A DNA stretch of 64,000 bases from contig CM097885.1 of the NCBI GenBank assembly GCA_044892525.1, positions 38,690,001-38,754,000 on the forward strand. The letters run 5' to 3'. Position numbers and translations under genes: made by a program. This document shows, piece after piece, positions 15,514-55,057 of the stretch. Under the pieces are notes generated by a model. That model did no database searches and was not told the DNA's origin. It saw nothing but the letters and a program-made list of their open reading frames with translations. How positions within the stretch are numbered: the first letter of the stretch is position 1; every line of letters begins with the position of its first letter. Source of the stretch: Schmidtea polychroa. Its lineage: Eukaryota.

Positions 15514-16936
15514 TGTAAAGGCAATATGTTAAAAATCGAGATCTCGAATTTATAGTAATGACTTAATTTAACTTCTTTTTCATAGGTCATATTTTTTATG
15601 CAATAGAGAAACCGAGGGAATTCAAAGATCTTCCAAATATCAATGGAGTTGGTAACATCGTGTCTTAGCTTCCATACCAAACAGTATAAAAGCAGACACG
15701 AAAATTCGACCAGAATCAGAGAAACTATAGAAGCTAGAAAATTTCTAAAGCAGCCATAATCCATCAAGCACCGTGAAGAAAATTATAAAAAGCCAGAACT
15801 CAGATATCATTAACCATATAACGAATAAAAAAAGAATTATTGTTAAATAAAATTATTAAGACTGTTAGAGAAAAAGAATTGTTTCCAATTTAGAAGTATT
15901 CCTTTGTAGAATGTTAGTGTATTACTTTACGTTATTCTGCACTCAACACGCATTCGAATTGCATGTTAATTGCATATAGGTTAACGTAATATAATTATAA
16001 TAATAAATAAATAAATAATTTAAATAGTGATAATACCAATAATGAAATGAAAAAATGTTTAACCATTAAAAGACCGAAAGTGTCTGTCGGACTTATTTTA
16101 AAATTTGCAGTTTACCATTTTGTACGGAACACTTCAATAAAACTAATGTACTAAATATATAACTTAATAATTTAAATAAAAATAAATTAAATCCAAAATT
16201 TTAAAAAGCTTAAATAAAATTTTTTTTCCTATTGTTATTTTCTGATATTTTATTCTGATATTTTAATGGTTAAATTAATTATTAATATAATTTTTTTTTG
16301 ACAAGGTGACCGATTTATTGTATTTTATTTGTGTATTGTTCAAAATTCTCAAAAAATATATGTGCACACCTAAATTTATCCTTGGAAAAAATAAAAAATA
16401 AGTGCTAGAGGAAACATGGAAATTTCCAGTCCTAAATTAAGCAATGATGAAGGAATGTAAACATTTCTCAACTTAATGTTAGGATGCTTACTTGCAATTG
16501 TAAATCTATTCAATGCTACTGAAGGTGATCCTGTTCTCAGAGTTCTTCTCCGCTTGCCTTTCTTGTCATCTGGTAAATAAAATGGTGTATAAAAATAAAC
16601 ATTTAATACAATTTTTGGCAGTTGTTATATTCTCATGTAAATAGTTTAGGGTGCATCTCAAAATTCAGTTTTATCAATCATATTAATCTTAATTATAACT
16701 TCATGCCAGTGACCAACTTTATGAGTGTTTGATAAGGGTAGCTCAAGTGATTGAGAGGCAGATTTACACAGATAACAACTTTATTTGACAAAGTTTATTC
16801 AATTAAGAATTTTAGATATACTATTTCATGACAAAAATATTAATTATTGTTTTTTTCTTTCAATTTAGCTGCGCGCTCATCCTTTGTAAGACTACTTTTT
16901 CTTTAAATTTTCATATTAATTTTAATTAAATTCCAG

Positions 16937-43096
<26,160 letters not shown>

Positions 43097-46000
43097 TAAA
43101 CTAAATGGAAGTTTTTTTTATTTTCATTAATAAACTGCCTATGCCAAAAAATTTAATTCGAATATTAGGTTTTGTTTAAATTAACTTGAACTATAATTGT
43201 TTAACTGGATACAAATACAAAAGGAAAATATTTAAAGGAGTTTCAAAACTTCTTTTAAATTAAAAAATATAGTTGAGTGTCCAAATTATGATCAATTAAA
43301 TTAAATGACTAAGTAAACTTTATATATTAAAATCAAATAAAAATAATTATGAAAAATGTTTTCATTAATTTAGAAATTAAAAATTCAATGTAAAATTAAT
43401 ATTCCTTGAAATAATTAAATGTTTTAGAATTTTTGTTAATTAACATTAGATTTATCCAATTTATATTTATACTAAATTTATGGTGACCATTTTTTTATAA
43501 TAAGTTATTTTTTTATTTTCTTTGATATTTCGTTTATTTTCCAAAAAGAAATATGGTCACTGTAACTATATTGCAACAAAAGTCTGTGTGCCTAAATATA
43601 CATTATTTCATTGGTTACGCGATACTTGGGCAATGGCGAATAGGCGATAAAACATATAAATATTTTTAAAAATTTTATATAAAATAAAAATATCAAAATA
43701 ACAAATTTTTTCTATGGATTAACAAAAATTCAAATATTTTATTTTTAATAACAGCACAAAGGTAAATGATTAAGTTGAGGGCAAACTTTTGAGAAACGTT
43801 TTGAATTACAAATAGGGGAAATATAAAATATTTATTTGGTATTTCGTGTAAATATAATAACAATTATCATAAGCTTAATCTCTCTTTAATTTTGATTGTG
43901 GAACTCTTTTTTACATAATATTCATAAAATGACAATATTTTTGAACCCCAGCTGACCGTCGTGTGGTTAGGGTCATCCATTTGACTTGGTAAGCTTCTTA
44001 TTTCATCATTTTCATTAAAAAATGTAGTTGCTTGTTTAAACGTTTTATATTTTATCGATAGGCATAAAATAAAAAATAAACAGTACAGAAATAATTTAAA
44101 ATGGAAAAATCTACAAAGGAAAATAATAATTTTTGGAATTTTCTGTGAGTATTGGGGAAATGGAAAATATAAACTTCAAAGTAAATTGATGAGGTTTATG
44201 ATTACAATTATACTCATAGAAATGTGAGTTATTCAGTTCAGCAATTTGAACAACAAAGAGACAAGTCTAACTGGGAAATTCAGATTCGGAACAGAATGTT
44301 TTGCGAATATTGAGATTTGCATATGATCTTGAAGAATGGAAATAGATCAGCAGTGACACTTGAGCAGTATGCCTAGCCTTAAAATTCCAAAGAATTATGA
44401 TTCTGGGCCAAATTAATTCAAAAATTCTCTTTTGAAGAGTCAAAATTAATTTTTTAAATTTTAATTGTTTTTTTAAATGAAGTGTTGAGGTCTCGATATT
44501 CGGGAACACTCAACTTACTGGTTCTTATATATGTATAAATATATCAAAAGACAAAGTAATTTCTAAAACTTTTATTATAAATAAAATTTACCAAATATAA
44601 AGTATTCTGCTAGATTACAAAATCCTTTGGATATCCAACCGAATATGCGTGTATGTACTGTGTGAATGTTGTGTTCTCTTGCTGTGTTGCGTGTAGGCTT
44701 TTGAACGTTTTTGTTTGTCTGTTCGATTTTTATCACTAATAAGGATTAACCTTTTTAGTATGTTATTGTGGTTAAAATTTTGGGCGAAAGAAATGAATTT
44801 TGAATCGCTATTTATACTGTTTGTGTTTGTGAAATTAAATTAATATATTTTTTGCAAGTGTACTTAAATGCTAATTATGTGATTATTAATATATTTTTAT
44901 AAGTGTGCTTATATGAGGTAAATGTTAACTATTAATATATTTTTATGATTATATGGTTATAAATTAATGTTTTTTTTTAAGTGTAATTATAAAGTATTAT
45001 TGCTAATATTATTAATTATTATTACAAAAGTATTAAAAAAAATTATTATTATTGTTAACATATAATTGCTAAAAGCTAATTATTTTCGATTTTTTTCCAC
45101 TTTAAACCATATGCCTTTATTGACATATGTTTCATAACTAAATATCTTGAGAGTTTCATAACTAATTATTAACTGAAATTAAGAACATCTTGAGAAAATT
45201 TCTTTTTTGATTTCTTAATAATTAATTCCCATATGTTTATATTAATAAGGATTTTTTTAATAATTAACTCCCATACGTTTATATTAATAATTAATTCCCA
45301 ATACATAAAACATAAAAATCAAACATAAAATAATATACATAACACATAACCCCAAAAATAAAATAAATAAGATGCACTGATAAGTCAAAGTCAATAATCA
45401 AATCACAATAATAATTGTCAATGCTTTGGATTGTCCGACTTTGGTTGTTTGGGTTCCACGTAGATATTAACTCTGAACTTGTTGCTGCCCGTTCTATAAT
45501 AGTGGGTCAGCTCAAATTCTTCAATTCTCCTTCCTCTGTCATCCAACACTAAGATAGGAGGTCACCTGCTTTGCTGCATTCCGCCATCATGACACAGGAC
45601 CAACATGCTGTAGGGCATGGGTGTCATGGTGTGAGAATGATCATGAGGGTTCCGATTAGTGGTCAACAAATGGAGTTGTGTGGAGTGACTGACCATCATC
45701 CCCTAGTAGTAAAGTGAATCGATGTTTGCCTAGTCGACAACCCAACATAATTATTTAATGTAATAATGATCAAATTCACTTGAAAAAGGCAGTGCCGAAA
45801 ATTCGTGAGTATCAACAAACATCGATATATTACTGATTTATGGTCTTCAAACTCTCTTTTTAATAAATCCAATGGAAAAAATAATCAGTGGTGAAATTGG
45901 AAGAAATAAAAGTTTTTAAAAGAACACTTTTTATTTATATCATTGTTTTTAGCCCAACAATACTATTAGGATTGATCTGTAAATTTGTAAAATGACTTGT

Positions 46001-46435
46001 TCTAACGTTCCTAAGTTTTGCCTTCTGTAAGTTTAATACCTTAACACAAATCTATCCGAAATGCTGATGCTTGGGGTCGGGTGTGTGTTTCCTTTAAACT
46101 AATTGAATCAAATATATAGATTAATTAAACTTATGGTTAAAATCTGATATTTTTCTTAAGCTAGATATAGCTTGCCCGTTTATATTTTTTCGATCTCCTT
46201 ACGATCCTTTTATAGCAAATTAATTAACAGCTGGAATTGGATTCTTACGAATTTCCTTTAAGCTCCCTTTGCTGCCTTCACAATTTCAGTTAATACTAAT
46301 GATTATTATTCGTTATTAATTTTAAGCTCACTGTTATTGTCTCTCTAGTACCTAATGTACCGTAAATTTATTAATTAATTTTATATTACTATTTATATTT
46401 ATTTTATTTTTTAAAATTACTATAATAAGTATATG

Positions 46436-46438
<3 letters not shown>

Positions 46439-46522
<84 letters not shown>
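46439..46522. repeat. (AT)n microsatellite
   Basis: Perfect dinucleotide run. Confidence 0.95.
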
Positions 46523-46525
<3 letters not shown>

Positions 46526-47366
46526 ATTGATTATACTATTTATATTTATAATACATTTTAAGTAATAATGTAATTAATTATTTATACTATTATTATAATT
46601 ATGCTATTTTTAGTAATTTTTATTTATTTTACTTATTATTTTATCGGAATTAACACTTATGGCTATTGTTTTATCGGATCCAACCCCAACAATACTTTGG
46701 CTGCTTTACCGAGTCGGATTTTTTCTAAAAAAATTTACAAACCTTAAAATACTTTGACTTTCTAACAAGACCTGTAGTCCTCTGCAGCAATTGCTTTTTA
46801 ACAAGAGTCGGATTTTGTTTACAAAAAAACTCAAGGAGTCATAAATACCCCCTGGCTATTGTTGTGATTTTGAAAAGATACCCTGTAGCTCTCAGCAGAA
46901 ATTGAAGAATCCTATTACCCTTCTTCAACACTAAGGAGGAAAGAGGGGATACACGGGATGGTAGTGCTGCAGAGGTACACTAATTACCTACTTAGTATTT
47001 GTAGATGAGTCCGACTGAACTGAAGTAAAATGGAAAAGTAATTAAGTATAATAAATTGAAACAGATATTAAATAAATCGAAATTATAATTTAATAATTTA
47101 AATAATTTATATTCCATAATTAAATAATATTCTAATCACGATATGTAATTTTATTGTTTATATACATTTAATGCATTATTTGTATAGTTAGTGTTAATTA
47201 GAAATTAACATCCTAATAATTAAGGAAACATTTTTACTTATTGATTTTAAATGTTTTAAAAAGTTTTTAATGATTTCAAATGAATTATTTTTCAAATATT
47301 TTGTATTGAATTAGTGATTAACAATTTTGGTTAATTTAATGTAAATTAATTTGCAATTTAGATCGA

Positions 47367-48974
47367 ATGTTGAATATAAATGAAAAATTGAATAAAATTT
47401 CCCAGTTGCTTTTAGAACACAAATTTACAATTCTCAGTGATCTAACTGACGATTACAAATGTGGAATTTGCAAAGGAATTATCAACAATGCCCACCAAAT
47501 AATATGCGGATGTAATTTTTGTATGGAATGTATTAATCAATATATTGGCAATGGCCGGGCTAATTGTCCAGCATGCCAATATGAAAATGTATTAGAGATT
47601 TCAAAAAATCACAAATTGAACATACAAATTTCTACAATTACTGTGAGATGTTCAAATAAAAATTGTGATCATAAATGCAAGCTCACAGAAATGGACGAGC
47701 ATTTGAGATTATGCACAAAAAGAAATGTGGAATGCCCGTTTGGTGGTATTGGATGTCAGTTGAAGGAGATGAGCAAGGATAAATTGAATGAGCATTCCAT
47801 CTCTAATATTGACAACCACAATAAAATCTTAATTGAAATGATCGGAGAATTGAGAAATGAAATGAATGAGCTAAAGGTAAATGATATGAGAAAAGATGAA
47901 GCCAATGAAACATTGAAAAATGAAATCAATGCGATAAAAATAAATGATATGAAAAAAGATGAAGCAATTGAATCACTAAGAAATGAAATCAATGCGATAA
48001 AGGTAAATCAAATATCTGATTGATTTATTAATAACTGGCATAATTCAGCAAGAAAATCAATAGCAATAATAATTTGTGGATCAAATTGGATCAGATGGAT
48101 ATCGAGATAAATGACAGGTGCAGAAATGATACGGTCACATCGATAAATGAGCAAATTGAATCTGTGAGAGTAAAATAATTGATTGAATTGATCTGATCAA
48201 TTGATTTATAAATATTCAGATCAATCAATTGGAATTGGAACAGCAAATGAAAATTGTCGACAGAAAATGCCAAGTGAGAATTGAGAGCATTTGATTATTG
48301 TTGATGATAAATTGATCTCAGGAATTGAATGGAAATGTGCAAATCATTCATCTGGTGATGGCCGAGAGTGATAGGATGGCGAAGGAAATGCAGGAAATGA
48401 GGGGGGAAAGGGATAAACTGACATGGGAAATGCAGGAAATGAAGGGGAAAGGGATAAACTGACACGGGAAATGCAGGAAATGAAGGGGGAAAGGGATAAA
48501 CTGACACGGGAAATGCAGGAAATGAAGGGGGAAAGGGATAAATTGACACGGGAAATAGAGCGAATCAATAAATTCCTGGAAATGCGGCATAATGGGCAGT
48601 TGCTGTTGCCAATCGGTAAAATCAATGAAATGCAATGGATGGCCAGTGATGCATTCTACAATTTCCAGAATCCTTATCAAATGCAATTGGTGCTGGATAA
48701 TGCAGATGATAAATTGAATATTCAGTTATGGATTCATTCTGCTGCATTTGATGATGATTTGCAATGGCCAGTGAAGGCAGAAATATATATTGATATTAGA
48801 TCATTAAATAATCCTGAACAATCAAAATCATTGACACAATCACAGACAATCAAAAAACCAGCATATATATCATATGAAGAAAGTGATGCATTCTCATTTG
48901 CCCATGCAGATCTGAATGCATTACAAATGCTTGATAATAATTGTATAATTTATTGTTCTGTTAAATTTGAATAA
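47367..48974 (+). CDS. TRAF-like protein (RING, TRAF-type Zn finger, coiled coil, divergent MATH); apparent 1-nt frameshift at ~48445
   Basis: Exons 47367-48002, 48095-48169, 48220-48273, 48322-48974. CGICK...CGCNFCMEC...CPAC RING; CSNKNC...EHLRLC...CPFGGIGC zinc finger; heptad repeats; SDAFY...FDDDLQWPVKA MATH-like C-terminus. Confidence 0.8.
48381..48556 (+). repeat. 42-bp coding tandem repeat (EMQEMKGERDKLTR) in the TRAF coiled coil
   Basis: About four copies of GAAATGCAGGAAATGAAGGGGGAAAGGGATAAACTGACACGG. Confidence 0.9.
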
Positions 48975-51096
48975 ATTTTGCCTGATTTCCATTTACCTTT
49001 CGGTTCGATTCTTGCAGGAAATTATAGATATAAATAACTAGCTAATTAATCCGCCTCCGCTCGGGATTCCAAACTGCATATAATAGTAATTCAAAATATT
49101 TTTAAAATTGTTTTAATCGAACTATTTTTGGTTAGTTACATTTTTAGGCGGGCTTTGAGGATAAGAGAGCAAAATTTGCGAAATAATATAATTTGTCTGG
49201 AGCCCATTGCAAAAATAATGTTACAGAAATGTTTACCTGTTAGTTTTTATTCCCATTAAAATTTTTTAAATTGACTTTTCATGTTTACTAATCAAACGCT
49301 TATTTCGATATTCTGAATTTGTTGCACACAATTTCATTATTTTGATTTTTGATGTAGTGCATAGGAGGGAGTTATTTATCTGAATATTTATTTGGGAGGG
49401 AAAATAAGGTATTATTTTGGATCATTCCTAAAGTAGAGTAGTTTTTTCATCGAGTTCTAAAAAAATAACGAACCGTAATGAAACTAATATTACCAATCGG
49501 TGGGTTATCTTTGGGGAGTCTTTCATTATTGTATGTTTCTCTATCCGATATGTTTGCCATGTTTCACCTTCCCCTAGTAAACATGCATAATTATTTTATC
49601 CAGCCGCTATTTCATTATTGTAATATCATTGTTCCTTTTAATCCTGAAATTCTATACGTGTTTCAATGTTGCTTCTGTTGGGCTAGAACTGACCTTTAGA
49701 CCCAAAACCCTAAGTTGTGACTGGAATGCGTAGGTACATAACATGCAAAAAGCAAAAAGTATAGTTAAATATCAAAAATACACCAAATAAACAATATTAA
49801 TTAAAAGAGAAAACAACAAAAATATAAACACCGAAATTAGATAAAATTATACAAAAGCAAGAAGTTATGCAAAATCTAACTCAAAAATAACCAAATAAAC
49901 ATAGAGTTACAAAAAAAAACTCGAATAACTTAAAAGTCAGTAAAAACAGTAAAATATATTCCAGAAAAACCCAGAACATTCCATAAAAACGGCGACGACC
50001 ATCATAAAAGCCATCTAGAACAATAAAAGTTAGAAAAATAACTAAATTAGTAGGAAAAATAGAAAATTCTTAAAAAGAAATTCAGAAAACATCAATTAAA
50101 ATAAAAATTGAATTAAAAGTAATATGGAATTTTCTGGAACCGTTCCAAATCTATCATGGAGGTAAAATTAGCAAAAAATATTTAGAAAATAAAAATTTAA
50201 AAATAAAAATAAAAATTATGACGCAAAAATCGCCATTAAAAATATCAAAATTACAAAATAGAAAATTCTGGAATAAAAAGAATTCGAGTTTGTTTTAATG
50301 CATCAATACATACACGTGTACAAAATAGGTATATATACCGACGCATTTTAGTCACAATTTAATCTTTTTGTATGCCAAAAATTTTCACAGAAAATCCAAA
50401 CGATACTGAAAGTAAGGACTGTTGATTGTATTCATTTTATAACTGTTATTTTGTTATTATGTTTCATTATATTGATTATTTTTGTCTTCTTATCATATTT
50501 AATTCTACTATTACGTAACAAGAGTGACCAGCGTCGTCGTGGACGGGTTGTATTCACGACGCTGATCAGCCTTGTTTCTAACTAATAGTCTACATGCACA
50601 AATTCGGGTCTACGACCCTACATGTATTAAAATTTCAATTTTTTTTTAACCGGAGGTCGCCACGAACAAATGGTTTCTAACCAGGAGTAGGGCGGGTAAA
50701 TCCATCCCGGTAGTTGGCATAGTCAGAGGGACTATGCGGACGAAATAAATTTTGGGATAGTAATCGCTGAAACATATTACAATAAGGCCTATCGTACCGT
50801 ATTCAGTTGAGTGGGGAAAATAGGAAAATTTTAATTAATTCGACTTTTCGGTAAAGGACATATTTAAAATAAACACTCAATTATCTTATAAGAGGCACAT
50901 CAGTAGGAAATCTAAACGGGAAATGTCCCAGACTCAAATTATTACAAAGATTCTCCAGTAGTCGGCTAATTAGACAAATTGCTACAATTAATACTCAATC
51001 TTAATTCATAAAGTCTAGCAATCTAATCATGATCATTCTAAATGTAATCTAATTCCGTTTGATGGTGACCAAAAATAATTTGGTAAAATTATTTAT

Positions 51097-51242
<146 letters not shown>

Positions 51243-53188
51243 TGTAATTCGATAGTGAACTAAAAGCTTTTCGTAGAATCATTTATCTTTATGTCGTTAA
51301 AATTTACTAGTCCCCGTTTGATGATGAACAGAAATTATTTTACTATATCATATAAATTATATTATAAATTATATTATTATATTATATAAATTATATTATT
51401 ATAAATTATATTGGGAATTAGTTACCTATATGACAAACATAATTGTATTAAAACTTTTATTTCTTTTTGATTTATACGATGAAATTTGTTGCTGGGTTTT
51501 TGTCTATTTAAGGGAAATTCGAAGAGGATATTTGCCAAGCTTAGATAAAGTAAATTACAAATATAGATATATACCTTGACTACAAAATAATATTATGCTA
51601 TGAATTCCAATTTATAAGAGAAGTCCTGTTGTATTTACAAAAAATGCCAACTTCGAACGGCATGAAATTTTATGATTGCATAGCTTCTGTTATTACCAAT
51701 TTGATAATTTGCATCACTTAAGAGAAATCAAACATCCACAAAGTGAATGACAAAGAGTAAATAGTCAAATACACTTGAACATCCATTGCAAATGGAAGAA
51801 AATCTCCTAAAGAATTATAATTCCATAGAACCGTGAAAGATATAATCTCCATCTCTGTTCGTGAATCTCTACCGCAACATTGAAGGTCAGTCAATAGCTC
51901 TAAATGCACATTTAGGAGACCTGATTGTCGAATGAATCCCTGATAAACTTCGTTGAATTAAATCCAATAGTGAACTTGACAGAAATGTAAAACCAAATTG
52001 ATTACTAAAATTGAAAACTGAAATTGAAAACTGAAATTAGAATTACATTAAACAATAATCAATAAAATCCATATGTGGGGAAAAAATATTCAAAATTTGG
52101 TATGCTTGTCGCAGAAGGATTGGCTAATTTTCTTCACCTACTTAAACAATACACCCGTTTTCACAATATAAAAGTTTCTATAATCTAAAAAAAAATCGAT
52201 AAAATTATATTATAGCAACACACAAACTTACCTGTGTGCAAAAATTTAATGTTCCGAATGTTAAAAGTTTTATTATAGGAATTGAGAAAGTGACAGAAAA
52301 ATAATTTTACATACAAACACAGCACACATAATATAAAATACACGTAAATTTAATATAGCTTTTTTTGTTCCGAAAGTAGAGAGTCATTAACATACTGTTA
52401 ACATATCATTAATTTAAAATTATTAAAATTCATGGCTGAAAAAAATTTGGATTTTGAATCTGACAACTCAACTTTGAGTTTTCGATAAAAGGACGACAAA
52501 ACATCGTAAGATCTATTTATAAAATATTTTTGAAGTTAATATTTCTTTAGATTTTCAGATATTTCTTTGGAGACATTTCCATTTTGCGAAGGTGAAGATC
52601 TGACAATGTAAGAATTTTTTTATTTAATTACAAATAATTAAAATATTTTACTTATATTATATTTACTTATATAAAATATTTTATTTATATGATTAATGAT
52701 ATGTTTCTTTTGATATTTATATAATTGATATTATATTTATTTGATGATTATAAAAGGGATAGAATAGATAATTGACAGATAATTGATACGAGTTATAGAT
52801 AATTTAAAATCGACTTAAAATCAAAATGGGGTGAATAGCGAGAAGTGTAGGAAAGTTAGAAAATTTGAAGCGAAGGAACAATAAAATAAAGGGAAAATGG
52901 AAAGTAAATGAAGGGTTTAATAAAGAGAATTTATGATATGTACTAGAAGTGTTAATTATTTTAGAATAAAGCAAACAATTCAGAAAGAAATCAAAGAAAT
53001 CAAGAAAGCAATAGAAATCAAGAGATCTAGAGAAATCAATCAAAAGCGAGAAATTAAGAAAACCAATAAAACCAAATTCAAGAGAAATTAGACAGACCAA
53101 GAGAATTGTAAAGATTAAAGAAAAAGCGAGACAATAATTAGAAAACATCAAAGCTCGATCGACGAAGTAGAAAATTTATCAAAGGATA

Positions 53189-55057
53189 TTGAAAAGAGGA
53201 AAAATTGAGAGTATAGCTAGCCGAACGAGACAAAAAGGTAAAGAAAACCTCAGTTTATTGGAAAAAGAGGAGATACGAAGAGCCAAGAAAAACAGAGAAC
53301 TACACAAGAAACCAGCATCAGTAGAAACAGTATTTGAATCAGACAGTTTAACTAACGAATTTGAGAACAGCGACGACCTTAAACAAACCGAATTAGACCC
53401 GACAAGCGACACCGAATCAACAGACGAGGAAGGAACTAGTTCAGAGGCAACCAATATAACAATTTTGTGTCAAGAAATAATGACAGACGGAACTCCAAAT
53501 GGAACAGGGGTAACGGACCCACCAGAAACAAGTAATGTGCACGTCAACATTGGAGAATTCAGAGAGAAATTTCGAGGAGAGCCATTCGATGGAAATATAA
53601 ACCAGCTGGAAACGTTTATAAAAGAATTCGAAGTATACATTACGATATGTCACTGGCCAGACATAGTCGTACGAGAACGAATACCCCTATATCTAAAGGG
53701 AAGCGCCCAAGATGTATATTTAGAGGCGAAATGCGATGCAACAAAGTTGAGAACGTGGAAAGAGATCAAGGAGGTTTTAATAAAAACATTCGGTACCGAA
53801 AAGGAAGGAAATCGGAAAATGTTAGACTTTCTACATCGAAAGCAGAAATATAATGATTCAAATGCACTGTACGCATGTGAATTGAGACGACTAGCAAGAG
53901 AAGCCTTCGATTCAAATCAACCAGTTCCGGAAGACAAGATAATAGCCGTATTCGTAGATGGTATGAAACGAGAGGATATACGAGCAACCTTGGGATGCCG
54001 AGCACCAGAGACACTGGAAGAAGCACTAAAAATAGCTAACAAATGTGAAACTTACCTAACACCAATACAAGTAGCAGCAATGACAGCAGCTCCAGCAGCT
54101 CCAGCAACAACAGCAACAACCACAAACAACCAAGTCAATAATGCAAATCCAGTAATGAATCAATTCATCCCAGGATCGCAACAGTTGTTCAAAACTCCAC
54201 AAACAAGAAACCAAGACAATGGAGGTAATATTCAAAATTTTACTAATCATTTCAGGAACAACGACATTAACAATCGAACGTGCAACATATGCCAACGATC
54301 AGGGCATTGGAGCAATGAATGTTATAGAGCAAGGATGTGTCAAAAGTGTTGGAGAAGAGGCCACACGGAAAATGTCTGCAGAGGACCCATGATGTCTATG
54401 GGCAGAGGAGGAACCAGAACCTGCTACAATTGCAATCAGCCTGGACACATGGCAAGAGAATGCACAATGAGAACCAAACCAAATCAACCACGATCGAACA
54501 ATCCAATCCAGAACACACAAATCAACCTCATGCAGGAAATCAAACAATTAAAAGATATGATCCAACGAATACCGGTTAATAACCCACAACAACGAATCAA
54601 TATGATGCAGAGTACCGAGGAAATCCGGAAACAACCAAGTAAGCAGCAACAAGATCAACAACGAATCGAATGGCAAAGATTACAAAACGAAGAAGCCAGA
54701 GAAATTCAAGAAAGATGGAAACAACGGGAAGCGAATCCCGGAAGAATAAATATGATGAGATTAACAAATAAAGAGGAATCGCACACTGCGGAGCAGTGTG
54801 TTAACAACGAAAGGAGTGATTCGATAATAAACGAAAAGATAAAAATGACAAAGGAAAACGAGACGGACCAACAGACAGAATTGAGCAGTGAAGAGAAAAT
54901 ACAATTGATTAAAGAATTTACCAAAGAGGAGAAAGAAAAGAGACAAAAGAGAGATGAGAGCAAGAACGAACCAAAAAGCAATGAGATAGTTACAAAAAAT
55001 CGAATTCAGAGGGTACTACTACAAAAGACAGAATCAAAAATGAAAACCCTACATTAA
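53189..55057 (+). CDS. gag: Gag of element A (capsid-like region plus 3 CCHC zinc knuckles); first ATG at 53480
   Basis: PFDGNINQLETFIKEFE...IPLYLKGSAQDVY...TWKEIKEVLIKTF...YACELRRLAREAF...FVDGM; CNICQRSGHWSNEC, CQKCWRRGHTENVC, CYNCNQPGHMAREC. Confidence 0.9.
   Translation: MKRGKIESIASRTRQKGKENLSLLEKEEIRRAKKNRELHKKPASVETVFESDSLTNEFENSDDLKQTELDPTSDTESTDEEGTSSEATNITILCQEIMTDGTPNGTGVTDPPETSNVHVNIGEFREKFRGEPFDGNINQLETFIKEFEVYITICHWPDIVVRERIPLYLKGSAQDVYLEAKCDATKLRTWKEIKEVLIKTFGTEKEGNRKMLDFLHRKQKYNDSNALYACELRRLAREAFDSNQPVPEDKIIAVFVDGMKREDIRATLGCRAPETLEEALKIANKCETYLTPIQVAAMTAAPAAPATTATTTNNQVNNANPVMNQFIPGSQQLFKTPQTRNQDNGGNIQNFTNHFRNNDINNRTCNICQRSGHWSNECYRARMCQKCWRRGHTENVCRGPMMSMGRGGTRTCYNCNQPGHMARECTMRTKPNQPRSNNPIQNTQINLMQEIKQLKDMIQRIPVNNPQQRINMMQSTEEIRKQPSKQQQDQQRIEWQRLQNEEAREIQERWKQREANPGRINMMRLTNKEESHTAEQCVNNERSDSIINEKIKMTKENETDQQTELSSEEKIQLIKEFTKEEKEKRQKRDESKNEPKSNEIVTKNRIQRVLLQKTESKMKTLH

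Noticed and set aside
12948..15521. 8-bp TSD for the hAT element
   Set aside because: Flanks TTATTAGG and TGTAAAGG match at only half the positions.
16417..16885. Signal-peptide exon(s) of the protease (MLGCLLAIVNLFNATEG; 17-nt micro-exon at 16869)
   Set aside because: Plausible, but I could not reconcile splice phases, so they are not included in the model.
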